A stretch of 64,000 bases of DNA, taken from positions 199,742 to 263,741 of the forward strand of contig RHPI01002568.1 in assembly GCA_009103225.1 (NCBI GenBank), written 5' to 3'. Of this stretch, positions 12,478-25,400 are shown piece by piece. This stretch comes from Chlorokybus atmophyticus (lineage: Eukaryota > Plantae > Mesostigma and Chlorokybus algae). A program made the translations under genes and the position numbers. The notes below the pieces were generated by a model, which ran no database searches, was not told where the DNA came from, and was given only the letters and a program-made list of their open reading frames with translations. Each line of letters starts with the position of its first letter. Within the stretch, counting starts at the first letter, position 1.

Positions 12478-13349
12478 TTGCTGCTGCTGCTGCGTATCAC
12501 TACCATCATCACTATCACTGCTGTTGCCAGAGACACTCTTTTGTTCCCCGAAGCATCCACCCACCACCTCCATCCACACTCAACGAGTGCTTCTCTTTTC
12601 CAACATGAGCTGAACCTGAATCTCTCTTCCAGATCTCATTCTCTCTCTCTCTCTCAACAGCAGGCTCCCGGCAGCAGCTCACCATCCAACTCGCCTTCCA
12701 ACTCACCTTCCAACTCGCCATCCAACTCGCCACCTGCCAAGAGCTCTCCAACTTCGTCTGCGAAGAGCAGCTCGTCGTCTGCGCCTGTTGGTGTCATCTT
12801 TGGCGTTGTTGTTGGGGTGGTAGCGGCGGTGCTGTTCGTGGAGGCCTGATGTACTGCTGCTGCTGCAGACAAACGGTGGGTGTGAGCACAGTGTGTGTGC
12901 GTGCGTGCGTGCGTGTGAGATTGTGACAACTCTGTGCCATTGACACTTGCTGCTGGTGTTTTGTGCACTACCAATGATGCTGGTTGTTGTGGTTGAGCGA
13001 GCGCTTTACTGAGCATTATCGAGATGTGTTCTGTTGTGGGGTGATGTGCAGCAGCCGAGGACAGCGCCAGCGACAACAAGTCTGCCATTCACAGTGCCGC
13101 TGTCGTGCCCGCGATTATGGTTCAGCAAAGCGCCCCACCACCACCACCGCCCACAGTCACAACAAGGTCAACCGCAACAACAACACCACAACCGCCAGCA
13201 ACAATCAGGTCAACAGCACCATCATCCACCACCACTACGGCGGCGGCACGTCGCCAAACGCATGCCCACCGGCGTCACCAACGCAACAACAGATGGAGCT
13301 GGCGCAAGCACAGTCACACAGGCTTGTGTCAATGTGCCGCAAAGCATGA
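12478..13349 (+). pseudogene. Small single-pass membrane protein remnant (hydrophobic N-terminus, Ser/Pro stalk, TM helix, Cys cluster, Asn/Thr-rich tail)
   Basis: ORF 12478-12849 contains (SPSN)x4, then APVGVIFGVVVGVVAAVLFV. Restoring one base near 12842 gives GGLMYCCCCRQT before a gt donor. A later exon near 13050-13349 encodes NNQVNSTIIHHHYGGGTSPN. Paralogous pieces occur at 27.0-27.7 kb and 47.3-47.6 kb. Confidence 0.55.
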
Positions 13350-13603
13350 CGCGGTGCTCCACTGTGGGTGTATGTGTGCGCTTGCGTGCTTGTGCGCATG
13401 AGCATGAGCATGTGCGTATCACGCGTGGGTATGTGCTTTGTCACATGCAGGTAACATGCTTGTGGTTGCAGGCACTTGACTGAGAATGCACCGACGGACC
13501 ACAACATTATAACGTGAACGGGCAGAGCAGGCCGGCTGTGTGTAACCACTTCGCGCATGTGCAACCCGTGCTGTTGTGTAGCAATTGCAAATGTGGGCGG
13601 GGT

Positions 13604-13609
<6 letters not shown>

Positions 13610-13637
<28 letters not shown>

Positions 13638-13896
13638 GTGTGGTGTGTGTGTGTGTGTGTGTGNNNNNNNNNNNNNNNNNNNNNNNNNNNNNNNNNNNNN
13701 NNNNNNNNNNNNNNNNNNNNNNNNNNNNNNNNNNNNNNNNNNNNNNNNNNNNNNNNNNNNNNNNNNNNNNNNNNNNNNNNNNNNNNNNNNNNNNNNNNNN
13801 NNNNNNNNNNNNNNNNNNNNNNNNNNNNNNNNNNNNNNNNNNNNNNNNNNNNNNNNNNNNNNNNNNNNNNNNNNNNNNNNNNNNNNNNNNNNNNNN
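13610..13896. repeat. (GT)n microsatellite running into an assembly gap (N 13664-13896)
   Basis: Directly visible. Other N gaps: 2389-2543, 22825-22885, 27708-28446, 36243-36540, mostly flanked by poly-G/C. Single Ns occur near 12400, 39182, 52820, 54719 and 61168. Confidence 0.95.
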
Positions 13897-15087
13897 GGGG
13901 GGGGCACTGCGTCACGCAAAGTAATAGTCGATAGCCACCAATGCTATATCGTTGAAAGCAATGTGGTCGATACACTGTTGCGCAATGCAAGTAAGCGCAC
14001 ACTACCAGACTGTTGTTGGTATCTGCTAGCTGGGTCAATGTGGCAACCCATCATCAGCAACAGCACTAGCAACTACAGTAGTGGTACTACTGGTTTGGAA
14101 GACACTCCCCGCCTACAACCACAACTTGACGCTGCCAGTGAGCATACCTCTGGGATCGTAGTTTCCTATGCAGTCTCCGAGACTGTACACAGCCTGAGTC
14201 AGGCTGTGTACAAACAACAACAACAACAACAACAACGTCAAGACAATCTCAAGTCAGCTCATTGTTGAATCAGCACAGCAGGCTGGGGGAGCAGTACATG
14301 AGATGAGGGAACTGTCGGAACTCCCCATCATCACTATGTTTCAATGCTGCTCCTCAGAGTCGGAGGGACAACACGGCATGCGACACCGTGTCACACCGCA
14401 GGCATCCAGAGGGCAGAGGACATTGGGATTGCACACTCAGCATTTCCCAACGTTGAGTGGCCGGTGCTGGAATTGCGCCCACGTGTTGGTGTGAGTGCGT
14501 TGTGTGCCAAGGCATTTGCATTGCAATGCATGTGTGTACATGCATGCATGCAAGCGCACAGACACTGTGTGATGTACACGATTGGGAAGTCACAAGATAT
14601 GGCAGATAAGTACATTCTTAGACGCTAATGTCATATTTTGGTCACGCGAAGGCACGGTGCCTTAGACACATAGCATGACTTGCAACCAGCAAACACCGCA
14701 GATGTACAGGAAGCTTGTTGGCTGTGTACGGACTCAGCAAAGCAAACACAGAGTTCGGTCCTTGTGGTTGTCTAGTGCAGCAGCTGTTCCACGCACCTCA
14801 TACCACCAACAGCAATGACTTATCAATCTGCATGCCTGGTATCGCTCTATCCAACATCTCCGGCAGTGGTACCTCGACGTCGCGCTCATCATTGCCATGC
14901 AAAGCATCCGACACAATTTGCTCAACTGTGCCATCCTTGGCTGGCTCAAGCTCATTAGTGAGAAGCTCTGACATCTGAGTTGTTCGTGCCCTTTTCTCTC
15001 GCATGCTGCTGGCTCCTCGCTAGGCAAAAAGTAAGCTGAGAGCTGCAGAGTCAAATCGCTGATGCTGCTGCTGCTGCGTGCGCTTTC

Positions 15088-18000
15088 TCAGTGCAAAGCG
15101 GATGCAGAGGTTCGCCACCGTAGGGAATGTCCACCTGGCAGACGACAACTTTTGCAACAACACTGCCCAAGATTCGTGAGCGCTACTGTCGCGTTTTCTC
15201 GACAGGATGGTTCGCCATCTCGAAGCGCCTTCAGCGGTGCAACAGCCCCAGCCGCAATAATAGCCGCTACAACACTATTGTTACTGTTGGAAAGATTTCG
15301 AAGTGCTCTTGTAGCTGCAAACTTGCATTCCGGTGTGCTTGACTTGCACAGCAGCGTCACCAACGTTTTGATAGCTCCAGCCTTGCCGATTGCCACCTTG
15401 TACACGGTATTATTAAAGGCAATAATGGCGAGGGCATCAGCGGCGTACTGCTGACATGTCGGCGAGCTCCTGCTCAGCAGAGCCGCACGGGCAGGAATGG
15501 CTCCAGCCCGCGCCATAGCAACCCTATTATCTGCAACATCATTTGCAAGTGATGCCAAAACACTCGCTGCCGATGCCTGGCAGTCCACATCCTCATCGTC
15601 AAGAACTGCCACTAACGGCGCAATGGCCCCAGCCTCAGCAATGGCCGTAGCAGCATTGCCGTCATTGACAATTAGATTCCGGATTGCATTCATAGCAGCC
15701 TGCTTGAGTTCTGATGCGTTGGACATGTGAAGCAGCGTGATCAGTGGCCCAATAGCTCCGGCACTGCTGATAGCCACTGCAGTTGTAGCACGACAAGCAA
15801 GGCTGCAGAGAGCTGAAGCTGCGTGCTGCTGGCATGTCGACGTGCCCGTGCTCAGGAGAGCCACGAGAACCGGAATGGCTCCAGCCCGTGCAATGGCCAC
15901 CCTATGGTCTGGGACGTGAAAAGCAAGACTGCTCAGGGCTCTCGCCGCCTCTTCCTTGCAAGCTGGTCTGTCATCATCCAGAACAGCCACTAGCGCAGCA
16001 ATGGCTCCAGCTTCAATGTTGGCCGCAACATGTGCGTGATTGGTCAGAATGCGAAGAGATGTCGCAGCAGCCAATGTGCATTCTGGTGCGCTGCGAAGTA
16101 GTGCTACCAGCGGCGCAATAGCTCCTGCACTGCTTATAGCCACCGTGTTTGCAGCACTGGCGCAAGCAAGGTTGCCGAGGGCTTTAGCTGCGTATCGCTG
16201 GCACATTGGCGTGCTCGCTCTCAGTAGAGCCACGAGGGCAGGAATAGCTCCAGCCCGCGCAATGGCCGCCCTTGCGTCTGCAACCTCAGCTGCAAGTGTT
16301 CCCAAGAGATAAGCTGCCAACCTCTGGCAGTCCACATCCTTGTCACGAAGAAGCGCCACCAGTGGCGCAATGGCCCCGGCCTCAACAGTGGCCACAGCAG
16401 CATTTTCGTCATTCGTCATATCAATCACATTCCGAAGTGCATCCATAGCAGCATGCTTTTGTTCTGATGCGTTTGACATCTGAAGCAGCGCTACGAGTGA
16501 CCTGCTGATAGCCACAGCAGTTTCAGCACTCCCGCAGGCCAGGTTGCCGAGAGCCTCAGCTGCGAATCGCTGGCATGTAGGCGTGCCTGTCTGCAGCAGT
16601 GCTACAAGAGGGAGAATGGCTCCTGCCGCAACGAGTGCTGATGCCGTGGCGGCGCTCGACTCAGCCAAGAAGTTCAGATACTGCGCTGCTTGCTCCTGGC
16701 AGTTCACATCCTCGTCATCGAGAAGTGCCACTAGCGGCGCAATGGCCCCGGCCTCAACGGCCTCAGCAACATACTCGCCGTATAAATCCACATTCCACAA
16801 TGCAGCTATAGCAGACTGCTTGAGTTCTGATGCGTTTGACATGTGAAGCAACAATATCAGCTGCCTTATGCCTCCAGCACTGCAGATAGCCTCAGTGTTC
16901 TCAGCATTGTCAAGAGCAAGGCTGCCGAGGGCTTCTGCTGCGTACTGCTGGCATCCTTGCGTTCCCGTGCTCAGCAGAGCCACGAGGGTGGGAATGGCTC
17001 CAGCCCGCGCAATGGCCGCCCTGTGATCTACGACGTAAGAAGCAAGATTGCTCAGGGCTCTGGCCGCCTCTTGCTGGCAAGCTGGTGTGTCATCATTCAG
17101 AGCTGCTACCAGAGCAGCAACGGCTTCAACCTCGATAGTCGCGGCAACATCTACATGAGTGGTCAGGATGCGGAGCGCTGTCATAGTAGCCAACTTGCAG
17201 GCAGTTGTGCCAGCAGGAAGTAGCGCTACCAGCGGCGCAATAGCTCCGGCTCTGCTCATAGCTACCTGGTGCTCAGTATTGTTCAAAGCAAGGTTGGCTA
17301 GTGCTTCTGCTGCACGCTCCTGGGAAGTCGGTGTGCCTGCCTGCAGCAGCGCCACGAGAGGGGTGATGGCTCCTGCGGTGGTGATTGCTGTGTTTACGGC
17401 GGTACTCGACCGGGCCAAGATGCCCAAAACGTCTGCTGCTCGCCCTTTGCAGATTGCTGTACCGTTGTGCAAAAGTCGAACCAACTCTCCAACTGCGCCA
17501 GCTTCAGCAATGGCAGCACATTGCCCATCCACTGCCATTGTGCGCAAGGCGCTCAGGGCCTGTTCTTGAGTAGACATCATTAAGCCCAGCGTCAAGATCG
17601 CACAGAGCTTGCGAGCGTCCCCTAGGCTTTGCAGCACGAGTTCATTCTCGTATGCTGCTGGTGACGTAACTGTGCTTTGACGGTTCAGCCAATCCTCCAC
17701 AGCACTCCGCAGCGCATAGCTTGGAGTAAGCTGGGTTGATGATAGAGGTACACCTGCAACAGCGAGTACCGGTTGGCAAAATGTATATACAATTCATCGT
17801 GCTCAGTAGCACAACAACACCAAGGCCGGTTAGACACTGCTGGTATACAGCTGCACTTTGAATCACTAACCTGTGATAGGGCACGTGGTATGGCCAAGAG
17901 CGAACCAATGTTCTGCGCTTGTGCGATCACATGTTTGACCCGATCCCATTATGATCACTGGGTCCTCCATGACCAGCGAAGATATTGGACAATTGAAGCC

Positions 18001-19174
18001 CTCTAACGGCCCCAACTCCGCAGCCTGCTCCCTCGCATCACTAGCGCTGTGGGTGGATGCCACCTGATCGAGCACAGCAACAATCTTTGTCAAGTAGTCT
18101 AGCTCCACTTGCTCTGTGTTTGTGCTTTGAGACTGGGCTTGAATCCTGCTGGTCATGCAGGCGATATCCTTCTTAAGGCACGCAAGGTCGCCCATGCCAT
18201 TCAATACAACTTCTAGCCGCCGCTTGATGGCCTCATCAGCTTGCGGCCCGAGCACGAGCGCGCGCACGTTCTCTGCCAACGTCGCGTCCTCTGCAGCCAC
18301 TGCCAGCTTGGTGTCCTGGCACAGATGCATGTTGAAGCGTCCTTATAAATCAGCCTCATCTTCGAGCACCAATGTGCACCTTTAGTTCTTCTGAAATCAA
18401 AGCCCGCAGCCCGCATATCGCAGCCGCGTCGTTCAGATTGGCCAGGTCTAGGCTGTTCAAGCTGTAATCGATGCCCTGGCAGGAATGCACAGATCAGCAG
18501 ACGAGCCAGAAGCTACAAGCAGCACTGTGAGCGTCCTCAATCCTTTGCCACTGACTTGCAAGCAGCCGTTGAGGCGGTCAGTGACGCTGTTGTTGTTCCA
18601 CAACAAGGAGTAGATGCTGGTGCTTTGGCAGTGGCAAACTGCCTCTGCAGAGCGTTGCAGTGATTGGTTGAGTGAAGTGAGCGATGGCATGGTGACAGAG
18701 CTGTGCCTCTCAAGGGACGACAAGAAGTGCTTCAGGAAGCCAACTCTTCTTGCCACCACATCACAGTTCTTTTTATTCGTTTTCACCTACAAACAATGGT
18801 ACGAGTATGTGGCGCTGCAAGGGCGGGGCCGGGGGGAGGATGTGCATGGGAGGCAGCGACACTGCAAATGTGCATACATATATGCGTATGTGTTGAGTCG
18901 CTGTCCATGTGTGTATACGTGCATATGCATGTGCATGCAAGTATGCATGTGGATATGCAATTGTGGGCATATGTATGTATGTGTGTGTTTGCGCGTGGGT
19001 GATATGCTTGCAACGCAAAGCTCATAGATAGGTAGTCGTCTAGTTAGCAACTGTGCAACTACATCAGCGCTGTTGTGCATGCTGTGAACTCAACCCAAAA
19101 TCGCTAACCTGCTTTGCCATGTCCACAATTACTTCGATTGCCGTGAGGGCTGAAGAGAAGGCAGCATCTGACAT
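15088..19174 (-). CDS. PUB-B: intact four-helix-bundle (MLKL/UND-like) - U-box - ARM protein, about 1167 aa, about 19 ARM units
   Basis: Inferred exons on the minus strand: 19174-19109, 18786-18556, 18475-18380, 18315-17871, 17753-15088. All junctions are GT-AG with consistent phases; total 3504 nt with no internal stop. U-box FNCPISSLVMEDPV...TCPITG|VPLSSTQLTPSYALR. Confidence 0.88.
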
Positions 19175-19967
19175 GGTCAGGTGACGGTGATTTATGGCAA
19201 ACAAGCCGATTCCGATGGGTGTCCTTGATTGCCTTAGCAATCACATTACACCCGCATTGGACTGCTGAAATTGATAGCTCTGTTGACTACAGCTGCCTGA
19301 CGCCAGCACCTGCATAAATGTTGCAAGAAGGACACACTTCATGGCCAGCTTGCAAGCTTACAATGTTGCGGCACAGCCAAGACTGCCAAGAAAACAACTG
19401 AACAACACACGTGTGTGCTCGCAAACTAGCAAGTGCCAGTCTCACGCCAGCTGACGTCAACCAACTGCCATAATCCAGTTTGCCAAGCAGGAAGCTGACT
19501 ACCACGAGCGACTTCAATGTTTAGGTTTAGACGAAAGCATTTCCGAATTCACTGCATAGCATGCAGAGAGGCATGTTCGCTGCTTGCGGCACACTCTGGA
19601 AGCGAAAGCGGTCCATACACAGGCACATTACCGACTAATGCGGCACGCTTACCTTGACCAGGCAAGAGCAATGGGCAGCCAGCAGGTCTATCGCGAGAGT
19701 CAGCACTTAGCAGCCTTGTCCAACCCAACCAGCTGACCTGGCGACCACCTCGCCCGCCTGTGCGACCTGGCCGGCGGCCTGGCGGAGGCCAGCAAGCAGG
19801 CGGGCGAAGACAGGCCAAGTCTGGCTGTCCAGCACCAGCAGCAGCAGCAGCAGCTCTGCAAGCTTCTGCCTCTGCTGGTGCTTTAGCGAACTGCTTGTCC
19901 ATGGTCAATGAGGAGTAGCCGAGCAGGTGGCTTAACGACGAAACCGCCGCCGCCGCTGAAGGCGCCC

Positions 19968-19979
19968 CACGTGCAGCTG
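19968..19979 (-). promoter_or_regulatory. Conserved CAGCTGCACGTG (E-box + G-box) upstream of PUB-B
   Basis: The identical 12-mer lies upstream of six paralogs: 19968-19979, 21657-21668, 37697-37708, 39568-39579, 51385-51396 and 53165-53176. It sits about 60 bp 3' of a shared TATA-like GTTC(T/G/A)TAT(A)TCC motif. Flanks are also homologous, so function is not proven. Confidence 0.35.
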
Positions 19980-21656
19980 ACCCCCCTCCTGTCAAGTCAG
20001 CCACACCGACTTCCATGTTGCGTGTGCGCAGCTCCCTGGATATAAGAACATGTCTGGCGACGGACAGGTCCAATACATGACGCCTGAAGGCGACAGGTGC
20101 ACACGGGTGTGGTGCTAAACTTATCAGCCATGTAAACGGGTGTCGTGCACATGGACATGTAGCCTAAGCAGAGGTGTGAAAAAGCACCATCGCTACCAAG
20201 CATGAATGTGCACATAACGAGATGTGCCTCTTACAACTGAACACGCATACATAACACACACAAGAGTTGCGCGTAGCATACTCCGAAGTATAGGATAGAA
20301 CACCGTGCACAAGGCAATAAGCAAGCACGTAGAGCACAAGACTAAGTGGAGGCAAAAACAATGTTAATTTACTACTACGCCAACTCAGCTAGACCCCGGA
20401 GTCTCAAGCCGATGCAGTAGCAAGCAGGGTTGGACAGCACATCGCATCTTATTACCTTGCAATTATTGTCACAGCATGTACATTTGGTGGTTTACAACAC
20501 AACAAGCAAAATGTCACGGTGAATTCAATGTCAATATGAAGAAGCATGCTTTTAACGGTTTACGTAATACAATTTCTCAGTTTATGTACACATGTATGAA
20601 GATATGTATTACCACTTTTTAAGGTGCCCATTCTATTACCATTTTACGTAGCACAATAGGATGTTGCAAATGTGCTTGGTTGGATAGCGTGTGTAAGTGC
20701 GTATATGAGATAGCGATTTTCTTTGTGCGGATGTGTTCTCGTGTATACAATGCATGTGTTGAAGTCATACATGGATATGGTATGCATAGGCGGAGGCCGG
20801 AGTATAATAACGGTGTTTGACCAGAAGCATTGCATGTATGCACGGAGTAGTTGTTGCTTTTTTGAAATTCATTTGCAGTTATTGTTGCTTCAGCAGAGAC
20901 TCTCACTTGTTTCAATTAAGCGAGTCAAAAATACGATAACACAAGGCACTATGTCTTTTTGCAAAAATGGCGAAGAGCCAAACATTTGCTGTGCAAGTTC
21001 TATGAAGGCCGCGGCGTGTATGTAAAAGAAAGGGGGGGGGGGAGGCAGATTATATGTCACAAGACACTGCGTCAATCAACTCTCAGACTACTACTATACT
21101 ATTACTACTGCTATCAGTAATAATAATAATACCATATTGGTAGGGCGCAATAGTGTGGCAAAATCTTTACGAAAATTATCGTTGTAGTAAATTTGCAACT
21201 ACGTATCCAACGGCTGAAAATATGCACTCCGGTTTACATTCATTGGATTGCGTGTTTTTATAGGAATAAGATACAAACCAGCTTTCAGCCAGCCCTTTTA
21301 ATCAACATTTAACGGCACGACAATAGAGGTTGTCGTTTATTATCACTGCGCAATGGTCCACACTGATGCAATTGATGCCCTCCATCTAAATGATGAATGA
21401 TTGGTTGCCTCATGAAAGTTTTTGCCAATGATGTATGCAGTCAATGGTCAAACATGCAGGCAATGCGCATTGCATGCGTTATACGCGTCTCGCCGTCAGG
21501 AGTCATGTGTCATGACTCCTGAATTGGGAATGCGTACTGCATTATGCAGTACGCTTACTCCACCTCTGTCGCCACGTATGTGTTGTTGTTCTTATATCCC
21601 GGGAGCACGGCAGCAGCGCACATGACCCGGTATGGCTGACTTGACAGGAGGGGGGT

Positions 21657-21668
21657 CAGCTGCACGTG
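21657..21668 (+). promoter_or_regulatory. Conserved CAGCTGCACGTG (E-box + G-box) upstream of PUB-C
   Basis: Same 12-mer as upstream of B, D, F, G and H. TATA-like TTATAT at 21592-21597. Confidence 0.35.
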
Positions 21669-21737
21669 GGGCGCCTTCAGCGGCGGCGGCGGTTTCGCCG
21701 TTGAGCCACCTGCTCGGCAGACCACTGCTCATTGACC

Positions 21738-22429
21738 ATGGACAAGCAGTTCGCTCAAGCACCAGCACAGGCAGAACCTTACAGAGCTGTTGCTGCTGCT
21801 GCTGCTGGACGGCCAGACTTGGCCTGTCTCCACCCGCCTGCTTGCTGGCCTCCTCCAGGCCGCCGGCCAGGCCGCACAGGAGGGCGAGTGGCCAGCTCCG
21901 CTGGTTGGGTTGGTCAAGGCTGCTCTTTGCTGACTCGCGCGACAGACCTGCTGGCTGCCAATTGCTCCTGCCGGGCCAAGGTGAGTGTCCCGCACTAGGC
22001 CGTAATGTGCTTGTGTATGAAACGCTTTTGCTTATGGGCGAGTGTGTGCGAAAGCAGCGCAGATATGGCTTTGCATGCAGTTGGTTCGGGACTGGTTCTG
22101 TTCTTGGTTACAATGATTGTTCGCGGTAGTCAGTCGTGCTTGGCAAACAGGTTTGTGGCAGTTAAATTGACGTAAGCAGCTTGCGTGAGACCGAAACTTG
22201 CTAGTGTGCGAGCACACACATCGTGTTCAGCTATTAACTTTGCCGTCTTGGCCGCATTGCACACGTGCAAGCTTGCAGGCTGGCCATGAAGAGGTTCTTT
22301 GCAACAATATGTGTGCAGGTGCTGGCGTCAGGCCGCTGTAGTCAAACAAGCTGTCAATGTCAGCAGCCAATTGCGGGCTTTTGTGATTCAGGCAAGCAAG
22401 GACAATCAGTAGAACTGGTTCGACTTTAA
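21738..22429 (+). other. Putative spliced upstream ORF (about 117 aa) in the 5' leader of PUB-C
   Basis: ACCATGG start at 21738, donor AAG|GTGAGT after 21980, acceptor TGCAG| before 22319, stop TAA at 22427-22429, 22 nt before the main ATG at 22452. The ATG, donor and acceptor recur in paralogs (F: 39653, 39901, 40235). Confidence 0.4.
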
Positions 22430-22451
22430 TCTGCCACGAGCGACCGTCACC

Positions 22452-25400
22452 ATGGAGGATGCTGCCATCTTGACAGCCTTCACGGCAATCGACTTAATTG
22501 TGGAGTTGGCAAAGCAGGTCAGCAATTCTGTTCAGTAAGAGTTGACTGCACCTGTAGCGCTGTTGTCGTTGCTAACCAGCGCTTATCCATCTATGAACTT
22601 CTTGTGGCAAGTACAACACCCACGCATATTTGCATGCATACGTATGCGTGCATACGAAATCACGCAGACATACGCACTTGTTACAGAAGCGCATATGCGC
22701 ATGCATACTTGCAGGCACACACACCACTGCATGCGTCTGTACGCACGTACAATTAGGCAGACACGTAAACATTAACGCATTTGCAAGAGCGCTGCCCCTC
22801 CCCTCCTCCTCGGCCCCCTCCCCCNNNNNNNNNNNNNNNNNNNNNNNNNNNNNNNNNNNNNNNNNNNNNNNNNNNNNNNNNNNNNCCCCCCCCCCCCCAA
22901 ACACACACATGCAGACGTACTGATGGTGTTGTTTGTAGGTAAAAACGAACAGAACAAATTGTGCTGTGCTGGCACGAAGTGTCGGCCTTTGGAAGCACTT
23001 CCTGGCGGCCCTTCAGGAGCAATGTAGAGGGGACCGCGCTGTTAGCATGCCATCGCTCACCTCACTCAACCAGTCACTGCAACGCTCTGTGGAAGCAGTT
23101 TGGCACTGCCAAACCACCAGCGTCTACTCCTTGTTGTGGAACAACAACAAGGTCACTGACCGCCTCAACAGCTGCTTGCAAGTCGGTGACCTGTAAACTA
23201 GGACGCTCATTGTGCTTATCTGTAACTACTTGTTGAAGAACTGACCATCAGTTCAACACCGCCAGGACATTGAACACAGCTTGAACAGCCTAGACCTTTC
23301 CAGTATGAATGATGCGTATGGGACACGAGGGCTGCTGACCGTGATAGAACACGACTTAAAGGTGCATATTGAAGCTTGAAGTGACTTTGAAATAATGGAT
23401 TGATGTGAATTTATGGCAGGACACCAAGCTGGTGGCGGCTGCCGAGGACGCAGCGTTAGCAGAGGACGTGCGCGCGCTCGTGCTCGCACAAGCTGCCCAG
23501 GCCATCAAGCGGCAGCTGGAAGTTATGTTAGATGGCGTGGACAACGTTGGTTGCCTCAGTCCAGATACCGCCCTCATGACCAGCCAAGTCCCATCTCAAA
23601 GCACCAATCCGACGCGATTGGAGCCGGGCTACGTGACACAAATCAGTGCCGTGCTTGATCGTGTGGCCTCCATCCACAGCGCTAACGATGCAAGGGAGCA
23701 GGCAGCAGAGTTGGGGCCATTGGAGGGCTTGATTTGTCCAATATCGCTGGAGATCATGAGGGACCCAGTGACCATAACAGGATCGGGTCAAACATGCGAG
23801 CGCACATTGGCAGAGCATTGGTTCGCTGCTGGCCATACCACATGTCCAATTACAGGTTAGTTATTCTAGCATGCAGTGTACATCCGTAGGGAGCAAGGGG
23901 GACTCGGTGTTGTTATGCTGAGCACACAGCGCAGCATGCTCAGTATGCCAACTCGTTCTTGCTGGTGCAGGATTGAAGGTAACAATAACGGAGCTCATTC
24001 CAAACCACGCTCTGCGGGGCGTGTTGGAGGATTGGTTGACACGTCAGAGCAGGAGTACATCTGCGCCAACCTTGCCAACAGAAACTACTCCAAGCTCCTC
24101 AACAGATCCGCAGGGGTTGAATCATCAGAACGGAGACTTGTCACCAACAGCACCCAGCACGAGTGAGTCAGCGGCCTTCCAACTGCCAACAGCGGTTGGC
24201 AACGTTGTAGTTGATGAAGACGCGCTTGTTCTGCAATGCAGAGGAGACGCTCGCAAACTCTGTGCACTCTTGAAAGCGGGCATGTCCGTCCAAAAAAAGG
24301 CTCTAAGCGCATTGCGCACCATGGCAGTGGATGGGCAATACGCGGCCGTTGCTGCAGCTGGCGCAGTTGGAGAGTTGGTTCAACTTTTGCACGTTGGCAC
24401 AGCGAACTGCCAGGAGCGAGCAGCAGACGTTCTGGGCATCCTGGCACAGTCGAGCACCGCTTTGAGCACAGCAATCGCCATGGAAGGAGCCATTGCCCCT
24501 CTGGTGGCGCTGCTGCATACAGGCACGCCAACTTGCCAGGAGCGTGCAGCAGGAGCACTAGCCAACCTTGCTCTGGACAATGATGAGAACCAGGTGGCTA
24601 TGAGCAGAGCCGGAGCGATTGCGCCGCTGGTGGCGCTACTATGTACAGGCACAACAGCCTGCAAGTTGGCTGCTACAACAGTGCTCCGTGTCCTGACCAC
24701 CCATGCAGATGTTGTGGCGAATGCTGACGTTCGAGCCATTGCTGCTCTGGTGGCGGTTCTAGATAGTGACACACCAGCTTGCCAGGAAGAGGCGGCAAGG
24801 GCCCTGAGCAACCTTGCTTTTCACGTCGAAGATCACAGGGCGGCCATTGCACGGGCTGGAGCCATTCCTGTTCTCGTAGCTCTGCTGAGCATGGGCACAT
24901 CCAAAGGCCAGCAGTACGCAGCTGAAGCCCTGGGCAACCTTGCCTTCAACAATGCTGGAAACAAGGTGTCTATCAGCAGCGCTGGAGCCATTGCGCCGCT
25001 TGTAGCACTAATCAGCAGCGCAGGCGCACCAGAATGTACATTGACTGCCTTGACAGCTCTCCGCATCCTAGCCGACCACACACATGTTGCGGCCAACGTA
25101 GAAGCTGGAACCATTGCTGCGCTGGTAGCTGTTCTGGAGGATGACAGACCTTCTTGCCAAGAACAGGCGACGAGCGCCCTGAGCAGTCTTGCTTTGCACG
25201 TCCCAGACCACAGGTGGGCCATTGCGCAGGCTGGGGCCATTCCGGCTCTCGTAGCTCTGCTGAGCACGGGAACGCAAAGATGCCAGCAGTACGCAGCTTC
25301 AACTCTCTGCTACCTGACATGGAACAAAGCTGGGAAGGCACCGGCTATTTGCCGCGCTGGGGCTTTTGGGCCACTGGTTACGCTACTTCACATGTCCAAC

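Noticed and set aside
21738-22452. Leader exon as an additional in-frame N-terminal coding exon of the PUB proteins
   Set aside because: In C and F the spliced frame hits a stop before the main ATG, and the frame within the exon is not conserved between paralogs.
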